DNA of 58,743 nt, counting the filler, from Sphacelaria rigidula (taxonomy: Eukaryota), in NCBI GenBank assembly GCA_964200075.2. It is 6 parts of 6 records of this genome, joined end to end, with 100 filler letters (N's around TTAATTAATTAA, not from the genome) between each part and the next. Parts side by side here need not be neighbours in the genome. Positions count along the whole stretch, not along the records: positions 1 to 9,710 come from CAXNAA020007919.1; positions 9,811 to 19,518 come from CAXNAA020007920.1; 4 more parts are not named here. One strand, 5' to 3'. A model generated the notes under the pieces. The model saw nothing but the letters and a program-made list of their open reading frames with translations. It did no database searches and was not told the DNA's origin. Positions 1-11,471 of this stretch are shown here, piece after piece. The position numbers were made by a program, and so were the translations under genes. The stretch's first letter is position 1. The number at the start of each line of letters is the position of its first letter.

Positions 1-3000
1 AAGGAGTGGGAAAGGATAGAAACAAGTAAGGTATTGGCATGGGTTAGAAGGGTAGGATGGAGAGTATGTATTGCTAACGGAATAACAAACCTGAGACGTA
101 GTACACGGGCAAACGGAGAAAAAGAGAGGCAGGGACAGGTGAGTGCCCGGAAGGGGAAGGACAGGGGACACAGCTCCCCAAAGCAAGCAGATAAAGCCCA
201 AACCGGCAAGAGGCATAATAATCAAGCAAGGGAAAGCAGACGTGAGAGACACGGGAAGAGGATAGGAGACAACAAGAGAGCAGATAATGATTCGGAAAGG
301 AAGTTGAGAATAGGATCGTGGACCGTGTGTGGCTTTGCCACAGACGAGCGCAAAAGAAGAGAAATAGCACAACAAGTGAGTAACCACGACCTAGATATAG
401 TAGGAGTCCAAGAGTCATGGGAGAACGAGGGGGCGGAAATAGGATGCAAAGTTGAAGAGTACGCATGGACAGGAAAAAAGCGGAAGGGACAGAAGAGCAA
501 GAGCAGGGCAGCGGGGGGAGTAGTGTTTTTAGTCAAGGAATATATGTGTGACATTATCGAAGTGATCGATGACACGAAATTCGACGAGAGCAAATGGATA
601 AGGGTACCAGGAGAGCGGGGAACAAAGGTTCTTTGTAGGGAACATCTATATGCCCCCAGAACCGAAGAGGAGGGTGGTGGACAGTATTCAGCTTAGGTTT
701 GAAGAGAGAGCAGCAGATGTCCATAAGTATAAAATGTGAGGAGAAGTAATATTGGTGGGAGATTTTAATGCAAGGGTGGGAAAAGCAGGTCAACCGGATG
801 ATATCATTGGGCAATACGGGGAAAATAAGAACACGAATCGGGTAGAAATGCTCAAGTTTCTTGAGCATAACGAGATGAAGGCGCTGAACGATAGAGTACT
901 AAAGCCAGAAGCGCAATTGGCATGGACGAGGGAATGCAGACGAAAAAAGAGAGAACGCTCCGTTCTTGACTATATAGTGGTGGAGCATGGAAATAGTGAA
1001 GAAATGGAAGTACCTGTGTACGCGGAGGACGTGGGAAGCACAGATCATCGCCTAATGTGGACAGAAAGCCAACAGACGAGAGCTAAAATAAATAGGCGGG
1101 TTATGAAGTTGTACAAGTGCAGAAACGATAAACTAGATATGGAAGAGAAACGGCAAGACTTTCAAAAGGAGATGGCCCAAAATGCAGTGAAATTTTCCGA
1201 GCTGTTGGAACGCGTAGGAACAATAGATGTCGGAATGGAAAGGAATCGGGCAGTAGCGAAGATTTTAGAAGGATGGGGGCAGCTGGTCAAGAACACAGCG
1301 AGTAAAGGCATGGGGAGGGAACTGATAGCATGCAACAGAGCAGTGAAATTGTGGGATGAGGAAGTAAAAGAGGCTATCAGAGCAAGGAGAGAGGCCCACG
1401 CGAGATGGATGTCGAGCAAAAGTACGGTAGGATGGGAGGAGTATACAAAAGCTCGAAAGGAAGTTAAAGAGACGGTACATGCCAAAAAGAAGGAAGTCTG
1501 GGAAGGTGTAGTGGAAACAGCAAATGGAGATTTCGATTGTGGGATGAAACGAATGTGGGCAGGGATCAAAGGGATCATGGGAAACCAGGCAAGAAAGATA
1601 GTCAACGGGATAGCCACACTTTGGGCGCAGAACGGTAAAATGGTCAGCAGTTCGAAGGGGAAGAGAGAAGTGCTAGTCGAGCACTACCGTAAAGTAGGAA
1701 CACCAAAAACTAACACGAAGTTCGACACGGAATTCGAAAAAGAGATCAGCGAGTGGGCAGAAGCAAATGTAGAGACATCAAAACGGGAGAATAGTGGCTC
1801 GAAAGGATCGCAGAGAGAATTTACCAGAGACGAAGTAAAGAAGTACGTAGCTAAACTCAAGAACAAAAAGGCAGCAGAGGCAGACGGAATCGTGAATGAA
1901 TTTCTCGAGCACAGGGGAGAAGGAATGATTATGCTGCACAACAGGATATGGGAAAACGAGTACACACCCAAGAGGTGGAGAGAAGGGTTAGTCGTCAATC
2001 TTTTCAAAAAGGTAGACAAGACTGACCCAGGAAACTAAAGAGGGATAACGCTACTGAGCACGGTAGGGAAAACATTCTGTAAGATTCTGAATGATGGAGT
2101 AGGAACGATTCTAGAAAAGGACGAGAAGATCAGCGATGGACAAGCAGGTTTCAGACCAAACCGTAGTTGCGTTGACCATGTGTACACACGAGGTAAGCTT
2201 ATTCAAGGTAGGAAAGACGCCGGGCTGACAACGTACTGTTTGTTCCTGGACGTGAAAAAGGCTTATGACACAGTCTGGAGAAATGGGCTGTGAAAAAAGT
2301 TGTGGGAAACTGGGATCGGAGGAAAGATATGGAGAATGGTAAAGATGACAGCATGTGCCAAAAGTGCCACGGTGCTACACGGGGAAATATGGAAGCATTT
2401 CGGTATTTTACAACGAGTTACACAAGGATGTACGTCATCACCCACTTTATTCAAGTTTTTCATTCATAACTTCATACTAGCAATAGGAGCAGCAAAGCGA
2501 GGAGTCAAGGTGGGTGAAGATGTGATATCAGGGTTGATGTTCGCAAATGATTTTGTGGGGACCTCAGAAATACCAGAAGGATTGCAAAAACAAATAGAAA
2601 AGGCTCTAGAATACACAGGGTAATGAAGAGTGACAGCGAATGTTGACAAATGCGCGGCACTCGTCTGCAACGAAGGTAAGAAAATCCGGTAGAGTTCAAA
2701 TGGGAGTGAGGAGAAAAGGAATTGCCGATCGTAGACCATTGTACATACCCTGGCGTAGAGATCTCAAAACACTATTCTTGGGATGCACACATAAACAAAG
2801 TGATAGAAGAGGGGAAGGTACAGATAGAAAGGATGGACGTGATCCTCAGAGACCCGCGCCTCGACACTAGGATCAAGAGATATACCCTGATGAACGTGAT
2901 CGTACCAAAGCTGGAATATGCAAAAGTATAGGAACGCAACGTGAAATTGGTGTAGAAGTTAGAAACAGTACAGATAGCAGCAGTCAAAAAAATACTTGAA

Positions 3001-3227
3001 TGCTCGAAAACGACAAGTAATACAGCTTTGAGAGCCGAGTTGGGAATGTACTCACTTAAAACAAACAGATACATGGGGAAATTGCGATGGCAATACAGCG
3101 TTAAAAACGTGCAGAGAAAGAGATTGCCAGCTATAGTTGATAGGGCTGCATGGGGGAAAAGGACGAAAGGGCATGCTATACGGCGGGATGAAGAAGTCGA
3201 GAAAATATGAAAGGGACTAGGAGGAAT
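1..3227 (+). mobile_element. Non-LTR retrotransposon (LINE family A), degenerate ORF2: AP endonuclease + reverse transcriptase
   Basis: APE motifs (IGSWTV, DIVGVQESW, GGVVFLVKE, VGDFNARVG, LDYIVV, TDH) in ORFs 34-696 and 752-2038. RT motifs (GQAGFRP, FLDVKKAYDTV, QGCTSSPTLF, MFAND) follow. Many stops and frameshifts. Confidence 0.95.
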
Positions 3228-3379
3228 GCTTCATGCGAGTCACCGAACCCATCACGGCACTTCGCGCTTAGTGATTGATTGCGAGACTGGTCCGGCGAAA
3301 ACCCGGTGTGCTCCATCCTGGCCTCGTAGAGAAGCGAGGTCAACGGTCTTGTGACTCCGGCATGCAAGATCATGAGTAC
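3228..3379 (+). mobile_element. 3' tail of a second non-LTR family (family B), joined directly to the truncated LINE A
   Basis: Matches the reverse complement of 31575-31720 and 32124-32270 and the start at 58691. Ends GGCATGCAAGATCATGAGTAC followed by a C-rich tract. Confidence 0.75.
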
Positions 3380-3525
3380 ACGCCCCTCCAACCTATCATT
3401 CTAGTCCAACCTTTGCGCCTAGGAGTGATGGAGCGTCATCCCCGATCTACTTTCGAAGATACCATATGTCAAAGTTCGCATGTTTCCCCTCCCCTCCCCC
3501 TGGCGTCGCCGAACCACTGAATCAG

Positions 3526-6525
3526 TTGGGGATCGACGCACCGCACCTTGGAGTCGGTTCCGTCGCCGGTGACGGAGGAATCGTACGAGACGTTCAAGGA
3601 TTTCATGGACGCCGTGATCGAGGGATATCACGGATACAGGCCCACAGACAAGCACAAGGTTGATATTGACCCGTCCAACACTTCGCTCACCGAAGCGCAG
3701 GCCAAGAAGTTCGATGCGTACGTCATCTCTACGCGCGTCCGTGCGGGACGCTCCATCCACGGGCTCCCTTTGTCCCCTGGTATGAACCGCGCCCAGCGCC
3801 GCAAGGTGAGGCTATTGCCGTGCTAAGAAAGGGGTTATAGTGCTCGCTGTGAAGGTGGGCAGTATATTCAAGCTGATATGCCGGCAAGCAAAGATTTTTA
3901 CGTATGTCTGAAACGGGATATGAACACAGGGACTGTTTGCTTTTAGCCTTCCGGATAGCAACACTTTGTACCGGCCAGGGTTAGTCAACTTTTGGCAGAA
4001 ACCAAGGTTGTCATTTCACCTAGATTCACGCACGGTTTGTCTTCGATGATGGATTTTTCAGGTGTTCAGATGTCCTGTACATGATAAATATTCAACACGA
4101 ATTTTGGGTTCCTCACTTGTGGCGCATCTTGACGTATAGAGATGCCGTCGGGTGGAGGAGGTCGGGGGTGAAAGGGTGCCTGCCGAAGAGAAAGTTTCCG
4201 CAGCATATTTCAATCGCAGTGTTGGGTATGCCGAGCTCTATACTTGACTAAGAAGACAGGTTGGTGGCGTGCATTTTGTGCGGTGGGCTACTGGACATGG
4301 GGAAATCACTTTCCCTTGTCCCTCCTGTCCGGCGTACCCATGAACACGTGAACGTACCCAACGCCGGTCACGTGAAAACTCGAACAAGCACGAAAACACC
4401 TTCAAAATCGGGCATAAAAGCCAACGGTACTCTTACTGGCTAGCTGGCTATACGATCACGATTTCACCACGTGTGAAGTTCAAGTCAGAGTTACGCCTTC
4501 GAACATTACAACACACCAAATAATGCTTGTTATGTGTGTGTTTCTAGGGACCTACTGTACAACTTTCGGTGTATGTGGGTGCATCAGCGGGGGTCATACA
4601 AGAAGGTTAATCAGAATTTGCTTTGTTCTCGCTTCAGCCTCACGATACGGTAGGTTTTGCAGCACATTTGGGGCCAGATATTTCTCATCGGGGGGCTCCT
4701 AGAGTTCGGAGCAACGTACGAATTTGGGTGAGGGCATTGCCGTTCAAACTTTCACTCGAAATCTTCTTTGGATTAGAACATGTTCAATACAGTTCACGTA
4801 CGAACAGAAACTAGAAGCATGGGTGGGAAAATTGCGGGGTATTCGATTATTCTGGCGAAATTACTGAGAATCTTACTTGTGATTGGAGAAAAGCAACTTG
4901 TCTTGAGCTCCTATATTTTGAGACTTATGATCATAGCTGTGCAGATCTTGCGCCGACTGTAGATTTTGGATTGTAGGCTATCGTGACAGGGTAGTGGTCT
5001 ACGCCCTACTCCTTTACTTGTCTCCCTCACCTCTGTTCACCTAGTGTTGGTACGTGTAGATAGTAATGATGGAAGACTTACGATATATCATCATCTTCTT
5101 CCAAGTTACTGCAAGCGGGCAGTAAACTCTTTGAGCATACAGCAAAGGGCTGTCGTTGCTACAAGATCATCTCATCAACACGATCATTCGAATAGGACAT
5201 TGTCATTTTGAATTTATTCTAGATATCCCTAGCCTATAGGCATTTTAATCGTTGCGTGCTCTCACATGTTCAACGCGTCGTTTGGAGATGAGATAAAGGG
5301 CTCCTGACAATCCAACCTGAGGAATATTTTGTGCAACCCTACCGCGGCATGAGTCTCTACCGTGTACTTCTGCGGTGCTTGCCTTGCTTTTTTTCGCGAG
5401 AATGGCTCGGCTACCCCCTTCCCTGGTGGATAGTCAAATCGAATTCCGTATACTCACGAAGTAATCGCTTCCCATTGTTGGGCATATTGTGATAACAAAG
5501 ACCGTAGTTCGTGTGATTCCACTCAGGGTTTAACTCACGGCCTAGCCGTCAGAACGCGTTCGAGGTGATCAACTGAACCACCGGTCGGCAAACTTATCAA
5601 CCGAACCATTGGTCTAGCTATTGCATCAGCATCACACATTCAAAGAAAACAACAACATACCAAATAGTTGTCGTGTTGACCATAGGTTGCTATAGTAATA
5701 ATGATACTCTACATACAGTATAGTTTTTCAGTTCGAGTTTCCTCTACGGTGCGTACTCTATCGTGCCGTTGCCGTGGGAACGACTACACGGCTGGCCTCT
5801 CTGCTACACGCCATCTACATTTGGAGCGTTCCCAAGCTATGAAACACTGTGGGTGAATTGAACACGTGCATACAGTGTGAATCGGGTTGTCATCGCCCGC
5901 TCTGTCGCCTTGTGTAACCGTTGTATAACCCCCCCCCCCCCAATTCCCCGGGACATCAGTTTTCGAAACCGGTCCATGCTGTAAGCATGCTGTTATACTT
6001 GTCGATAGCCGAGGGACGCTCCAACATACGGATAACGTGTACCAGCGGCCACCTCGTGACGATGGGCGGGTTCACAAATGATGACTTACTACCGTGGGGT
6101 AATAGAATCAAAGAAGCATCCTTAATCGTCTATCATCTCGTTTCTGTTGAAAAACAACGAGGACAGGTGGAGAAGATCATCCGTAATGGGCTCACCCGCA
6201 TGTCTGGTTCTATGACCGGCAAGTACTACCCGCTGGGCGGCATGACCGCTGAAGAGGAGCAACAGCTCATCGACGATCACTTCCTTCCCCAGAAACCCTC
6301 GCCGCGAACCGTGCTCACCACCTGCGGCGTGGCGCGCGATTGGCCCGACGGTCGCGGAATTTTCCACAATGCCGAGAAGAACTTCTTGGTATGAGTCAAC
6401 GAGGAGGACCACATGCGTGTGATCTCCATGGAGCAGGGCGGGAACATCAAGAGCGTTTTTGCCCGCTGGTCTAACGCTGTGGGTGCAGTCGAGAAGGCCC
6501 TCGCGGACGAGGGATACGAGTTCAT
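3526..6525 (+). pseudogene. Phosphagen (ATP:guanidino) kinase pseudogene, exons 3526-3805 and 6167-6525
   Basis: Exon 1 reads LGIDAPHLGVGSVAGD/EESYETFKDFMDAVIEGYH...VISTRVRAGRSI...RRK and ends in GTGAG. Exon 2 follows a CAG and reads VEKII...GKYYPL...LIDDHFL...ARDWPDGRGIFHN..KNFLV*VNEEDHMRVISM. The phase-0 join is consistent. Lesions: +1 frameshift at ~3574 and TGA at 6392-6394 replacing the W of WVNEEDH. Confidence 0.92.
4972..5238. mobile_element. Putative solo LTR in the kinase intron
   Basis: Termini TGTAGGCTA...TAGCCTATA, 267 bp, same style and size as the Gypsy LTRs in this window. TSD only partial (TGGAT/GGCAT). Confidence 0.35.
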
Positions 6526-6668
6526 GTGAGTTTTTGAGACGGTGGTGGTGTGCCTTCTTTTCTCAATGGAGGAGGGTGAACTTTTCGAGCGAGCTCTTTG
6601 CTCATTTTCCCTCAAGAATGGGTGGGGGAGGGGGGCGGGGACTAATACGTTTATTTTGAGCCTTGTAC

Positions 6669-9600
6669 TGTAGCCAAATGATACCAAGCCGTAGCTTTCA
6701 GTATAATCACCTGCATGGTTGGAGCAGTCGCAGGGGACAGGGGATCCTGGATTGATGACCTTCATCTGAGTGGCCCCTTGCTGCCGAGCTCTTGATGTGG
6801 TCTGTCGAGGATCACTCCGTGACCATAACAAGTGAGAAGAAAGGATTTGTCGAGCACGAGGCCAGTGCTACCGGAGGGGTCCCTCGTGAATAGTCCTCGT
6901 GTCCAGATCGTCTGGCAGAGGCTACAATATCTAGATATTATTCCGGCACTCTATTAGAGGAGTCTTGACTGAGGAGAAAAGTTGGGCAGCACCTTAGAGC
7001 CAGTTTAGCCCACAGACAGAAGACCAACTTATAGCGCACAGCAGAGGGGGACGCTCCGTGAGCTGGAGGACACACAAGTCAGGTGAGAGTCTCTCCGTGA
7101 AGTGTTTGAAGCATAGACGACATGGCTCAAGCGGCGGCAGCGCCGCTGGTGTTAGGTGAGCCGCTACAGCCGCCAAAGTATGATGAAATTTGGACCGAGG
7201 AGGCATCACGCGTTTTTTTCGCAAGATACCTTGAATACGTACAGCGGTGGAGTCTAGCGGATTCAGAAGGAATTATACGGCATGAAAGAGTAAGCATATG
7301 ACAACTCATTCCTGTTTACATTCACCGCTGCTTCGAAGACATGTACAAGGACGATCGGGCTATGACCCCCGATGAATTGCTTGATGCTGTGAATCAGCAT
7401 GCCGGGTATATTACAACCGGTGGAAAGCATGACGCTACGCGGGTTGCAACAGACCTGCGTAGGGTACTTCCAATGAAGCAAAGCGATGGAAAGTCCGTGA
7501 AGGATCGTGCTATGTTGGTTAGTTCAGATATGGAACGGTTTTTCGCAGAGAACCTGATGGTGCAAGCAATGTACCGTGCGGAGGACAGGAGTTGGTTGCC
7601 TGGGCCGGTCGAGTCGGCTTCCATAGCTTTGGTGGGCTGGATTTTGCCTCCGGAATTCAAGGCGTATGTTGGAAGTGTACTAACGTATGTTGACGGCTGA
7701 AAGAAGAACCTGACGGTGGTGTTCAAAAAAACATTTGAGGCGGCCAACCAGTGGAAGTTCATTGAAGCACATGACCGGCGCGACTTTGCAACAAGTGCAG
7801 GTGGTATGCGCCGCAAACAGCAACAGCATCAGAAACAGCAGCCTTCTTCGCGAACGTCGTCCACTCGCGCGTGTTACAACTGCGGCGACACCGGACATAT
7901 GATCAAGGACTGCCCCAGGCCTCGTGCTCAAGGCGCGGTACAGGGCAATGCACGAGATTCATCTCGATCTCGGGGCGGTCGTCACGGTGGACGGGGCCGT
8001 GCCAATCAGGGATGCGGGCGCGGTGGCCGCGGTAGCAAGCAATCGGCGGCAGATGGTGGTTCCTCTGCTGCTGTTTCTTCCACTGCGTCATGAGGTGGTG
8101 ACTCTTGATCTTATGGTTCGTCCGTAGCGGGGCGGACAATGTACGTGGGAAATGTAAATACTTCGGTGGGGAGTGCTGGAGCAAATAGCTCGCAACCCCT
8201 CGGCCAGGCACCATCCGTGTCTGGTGCATTCCCCACTGCTGCTACGGCTGTAACAGCGCCGTCTGCATATTCGGCGACTTGGTCTGGTCGGACCGACGAT
8301 TCGTAGCTATCGATGCCAAGTGCTGGAGGGCAGCCCTGGCGTCAGGTGACTCTTGGGAAAGAACAGGGTTCTTCGGTAGGCGTGGTACCTGTCGATCGCA
8401 AGGCTGAATGCTTACGCTCAGATTTAGCCTTGCCTGGTTCTGTAGGTTTGTTCATGGCTCGCGTTATTCTGGATTCTGGGTCCGCGCTCACGTCGATCGG
8501 TGTGGGGCTGTTAGAGTAAATGTCTTCGCAGTTTGGCGGTGCTCAGCTTCAGATTCCGTTTAAAAACGGACCGCAAACGGCACAGACCGCCACGGGTGCT
8601 ACCGTGACGGTTACACACAAAACGGGGTCAATTACTGTTAGCGTGCGTACGCCGTGGAGGGCTGTGCAGTCGGAGCCCATTACTTTCGCTGTCATGCCCG
8701 GTAGGAACAACGTTGTTCTATTTGTGATGGCGACAATGAAGGAGCTTGGGATTGATTTATTTCCGCTGGCGTTGGAGAAGTTACGTCCGCGTGCTGTGCC
8801 GGTGCAAACCGGAGTGGAAAATCCCAGTTTCCCTGCTGCAAGGCGTGTGATCGTATCCATACGGTCATTCCAGAGCGCTAATGAGGAGGAGGCTCCTGCT
8901 GATGAAGCGGTAGAGCGCTTGGTCGATCGGGGGCCTGATATGTTCGTGGACCCAGCAGAGGAGAGAGATGCACGGGAACGTGCGCTTGAGGATAGTGTGC
9001 GGCAGGCCGAGCAGAAGGGCCTGAGCGCCGATGGCGCACATTGTCTGCGCGATAAGTTGGCTCGTCGCGTAGATATATTCCGTCGTGCGCTGCGTGGTGA
9101 TCCGCCAGCGCGCGTGAAGCCAATGAAGGAGGCTGTGAAGGCAAAGCCTCGCCGCTGCGATCCGGTGAAGACAGTGTGGCTTGCTTCATGCATCGCAGTT
9201 TTGGTGGCATTTGGTTTGTCGGTTAGGAATATTCAGGCTGTGTGGGCGAGTCCGGCGATGGCGGTGCCGAAGAGGGACACAGTCCGTTTGGACAGCGACT
9301 ATCAGGTGGTGAACACGCAAGTGGAACAGTCTCCGGGGGTGATGCCAAGCCAAGAAGACATGCGGGAGTTGCTGGGAGCCCAACAACAATATCGGTATGT
9401 CAGCGAACACATTCCTGGAGAGCGTGTTTTTTGGGGAGATTTGTTGTTTCGCTTGGTAAAGGTTCCTACCGTGTCTGTTCGTTCTGTTGCCATGTACAGC
9501 CCGTGTGATGCCGATGAATCGCTGCCCTCGTTACATGTCATCCGTAGCGTGCAGCGCAAAACAGTTAGCGACGGTGGTCCTTCTTTTCCTACGACATTCG

Positions 9601-9710
9601 GTCAAGCTGCTTTGGCTGACGATGGTTTATTTCGCGTGCGTGTTGGCAGTAGTGATGTTCTGCGGATTCCGTCGGATGATAAGGCTCTACAAACTCGCTT
9701 GATGGTGTGC
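6669..9710 (+). mobile_element. Ty3/Gypsy LTR retrotransposon, degenerate, RT core/RNase H deleted, cut by contig end
   Basis: Candidate 5' LTR 6669-6926 (TGTAGCC...GGCTACA). Gag has the CYNCGDTGHMIKDC knuckle; protease reads VILDSGS. The RT N-terminus WASPAMAVPK..RLDSDYQVVN jumps directly to the RNase H end (EHIPGERVFWGDLL). Confidence 0.88.
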
Positions 9711-9810
9711 NNNNNNNNNNNNNNNNNNNNNNNNNNNNNNNNNNNNNNNNNNNNTTAATTAATTAANNNNNNNNNNNNNNNNNNNNNNNNNNNNNNNNNN
9801 NNNNNNNNNN
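9711..9810. other. Artificial contig linker (44N-TTAATTAATTAA-44N); also at 19519-19618, 29327-29426, 39134-39233, 48939-49038
   Basis: Identical 100-nt spacer with stops in all six frames, separating segments of non-increasing length. Confidence 0.97.
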
Positions 9811-9958
9811 TGTATGTTCTTTACGCTATATTGCCATCGCAGTTTCCTCATGTCTCTGTTTGTTTTAAGTGAGTACATTCCCAGGGGGAGGGGGGCGTAT
9901 TCATTTTGCTTGCCTTAGTCGTTTGACCATTGTCCACGCATCCCTTTCGAGACGAAGC
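9811..9958 (-). mobile_element. LINE A fragments: internal piece 9811-9882 and a short 3' tail 9896-9958 between G tracts
   Basis: Reverse complements of the 3040-3115 region and of the family A tail (GGTCAAACGACTAAGGCAAGCAAAATGAATAC). Confidence 0.85.
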
Positions 9959-9984
9959 AAGCGAGAGGGGGGGGGAAAGTCGGG

Positions 9985-11471
9985 GTGATACCACAGATCC
10001 CCGTTCCAGAGTCAGTCAACGGAGGGGGTGAGGGGGAACACGAAACATCGTCGTCATCTATATCGACGCCGACATTACCGCCGACGCCCACATCTACGTC
10101 GACACCCACATCAACGCCGACGCCCACATCGGCATTGTATACCCACTCATCGCCCGCAGTGTCACCCTCTTCCACGGGTCCCTCGCAAGACGGCGGGGGG
10201 GGCGGCGACGCTCCTCAGCTCCCGAGGATCGAGCGGCGCCGTCTCACGTGGGCCGACGAGTTGCCGACACCAAGGGCGGGGCCTACTAGGAGCCAAACAC
10301 GTGAAGCTATTAGGTCGGCGCACACACACGGCGGGACGCTGGCGGCTAGCAAAGGGAAGAAGAGTAGAAAGGAAGCGGAGATGGCGCTGACGGGGATGGC
10401 CGAAGACAAATGCTTAGCCATGGAGATGATCACCGCGACAGCAGGACAGGTGGCAGGACAAAACGCAAACGTCTAGATCCAAAACGAGTGAGCCGACAAC
10501 GACTTTTTTTGTTTTATTGCTGAGGATGAGTAGGACAACCCGACTTTGGTTTGCGTTCACCGGTTGGCCTCCATTTAAGCGAAGTAGAAGCAGCATCAAC
10601 CAGTATGGATGACGTATCGGCATCAGACTTCCGGGAGGCATTTATGGGGTGTGCGGTGAACAGGGATTGGGATAGAGGCACGCTATCAGTGACGCAAACT
10701 ACGTTCACGGACACGCTCCTGAAGCGTTTTGGGGTGAGGGGATACCCAAAAATCCCTGCCTCTATTTCTGTGAGGTTGGGGCCGACAACGGGCCAAGATG
10801 CATTGGTGAATCGTTCATACCGCAACGCAGTGGGGGGGGCTGATGTGGCTGGCAACAGTCACTAAGCGAGACGTGTCGAATGCAGTACGAGCCCTTGCTA
10901 GCCAATCACATGACTCGTGTGAGAGGCACTGGGAAGCAGTGGTAAAGGTGCTGAAGTATCTTAATAGGACGGAATATGTACTCACGTTTGAGAGAGATCA
11001 CGACAGGCTTTCAGTTTACTGTGACGCAGACTACGCCAAGAATGAAACAGATGGGTGTTCAGTCTCGGGGGTAGCTGTGATGTATGGCGTCGTGCTAGTG
11101 TCGGCAACGAGTCGCGCACAACACCGTGTCACTCTATCAACCACGGAGGCGGAGTATGTCGCATTGGCCGAGGGCGTATGAGAGGGGCTGTATGTTAAGG
11201 CAGTGTTGACGTTTTTTCGACATCAGACAGTGTCGGGATGTGGGGAGGAGCACGGTATTGTCTTGTACAAGAACAACGAGGGAGCCAAGGCTCTGGCCGA
11301 AACTCCCCTCAGTTCTGGAAGGAGTACGCGCATTGCTGTGAGGTATTACTTCATCCGTGAGCTGGTGGGGACGGGGAAGGTCAGGGTCGTGTATGTAGAT
11401 CCAGGATGGCAGAATGCCAATATTTTGACGAAGCCTCTCCCAATCAACTTATTTGCGAGGCACAGACGGAT
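9985..11471 (+). mobile_element. Ty1/Copia pol remnant (IN-RT linker, partial RT, RNase H)
   Basis: YRNAVG, DVSNAVRALA, HWEAVVKVLKYL, YCDADYA..SVSG, STTEAEYVAL, RYYFIRELV, ANILTKPL; frameshifted. Confidence 0.9.

Noticed and set aside
752..2038. Longest ORF (428 aa) as a host gene
   Set aside because: It is part of a broken LINE ORF2. Most other ORF-track entries are antisense or shadow frames of TEs and repeats.
6392..6394. Alternative genetic code (UGA=Trp) or readthrough
   Set aside because: The same genes use TGG for Trp and carry other lesions (frameshift at ~3574, TAG at 57095-57097), so decay is the simpler explanation.
9755..9766. Periodic TTAATTAATTAA motif as piggyBac sites or a biological repeat
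   Set aside because: It is embedded in N runs and is an assembly linker.
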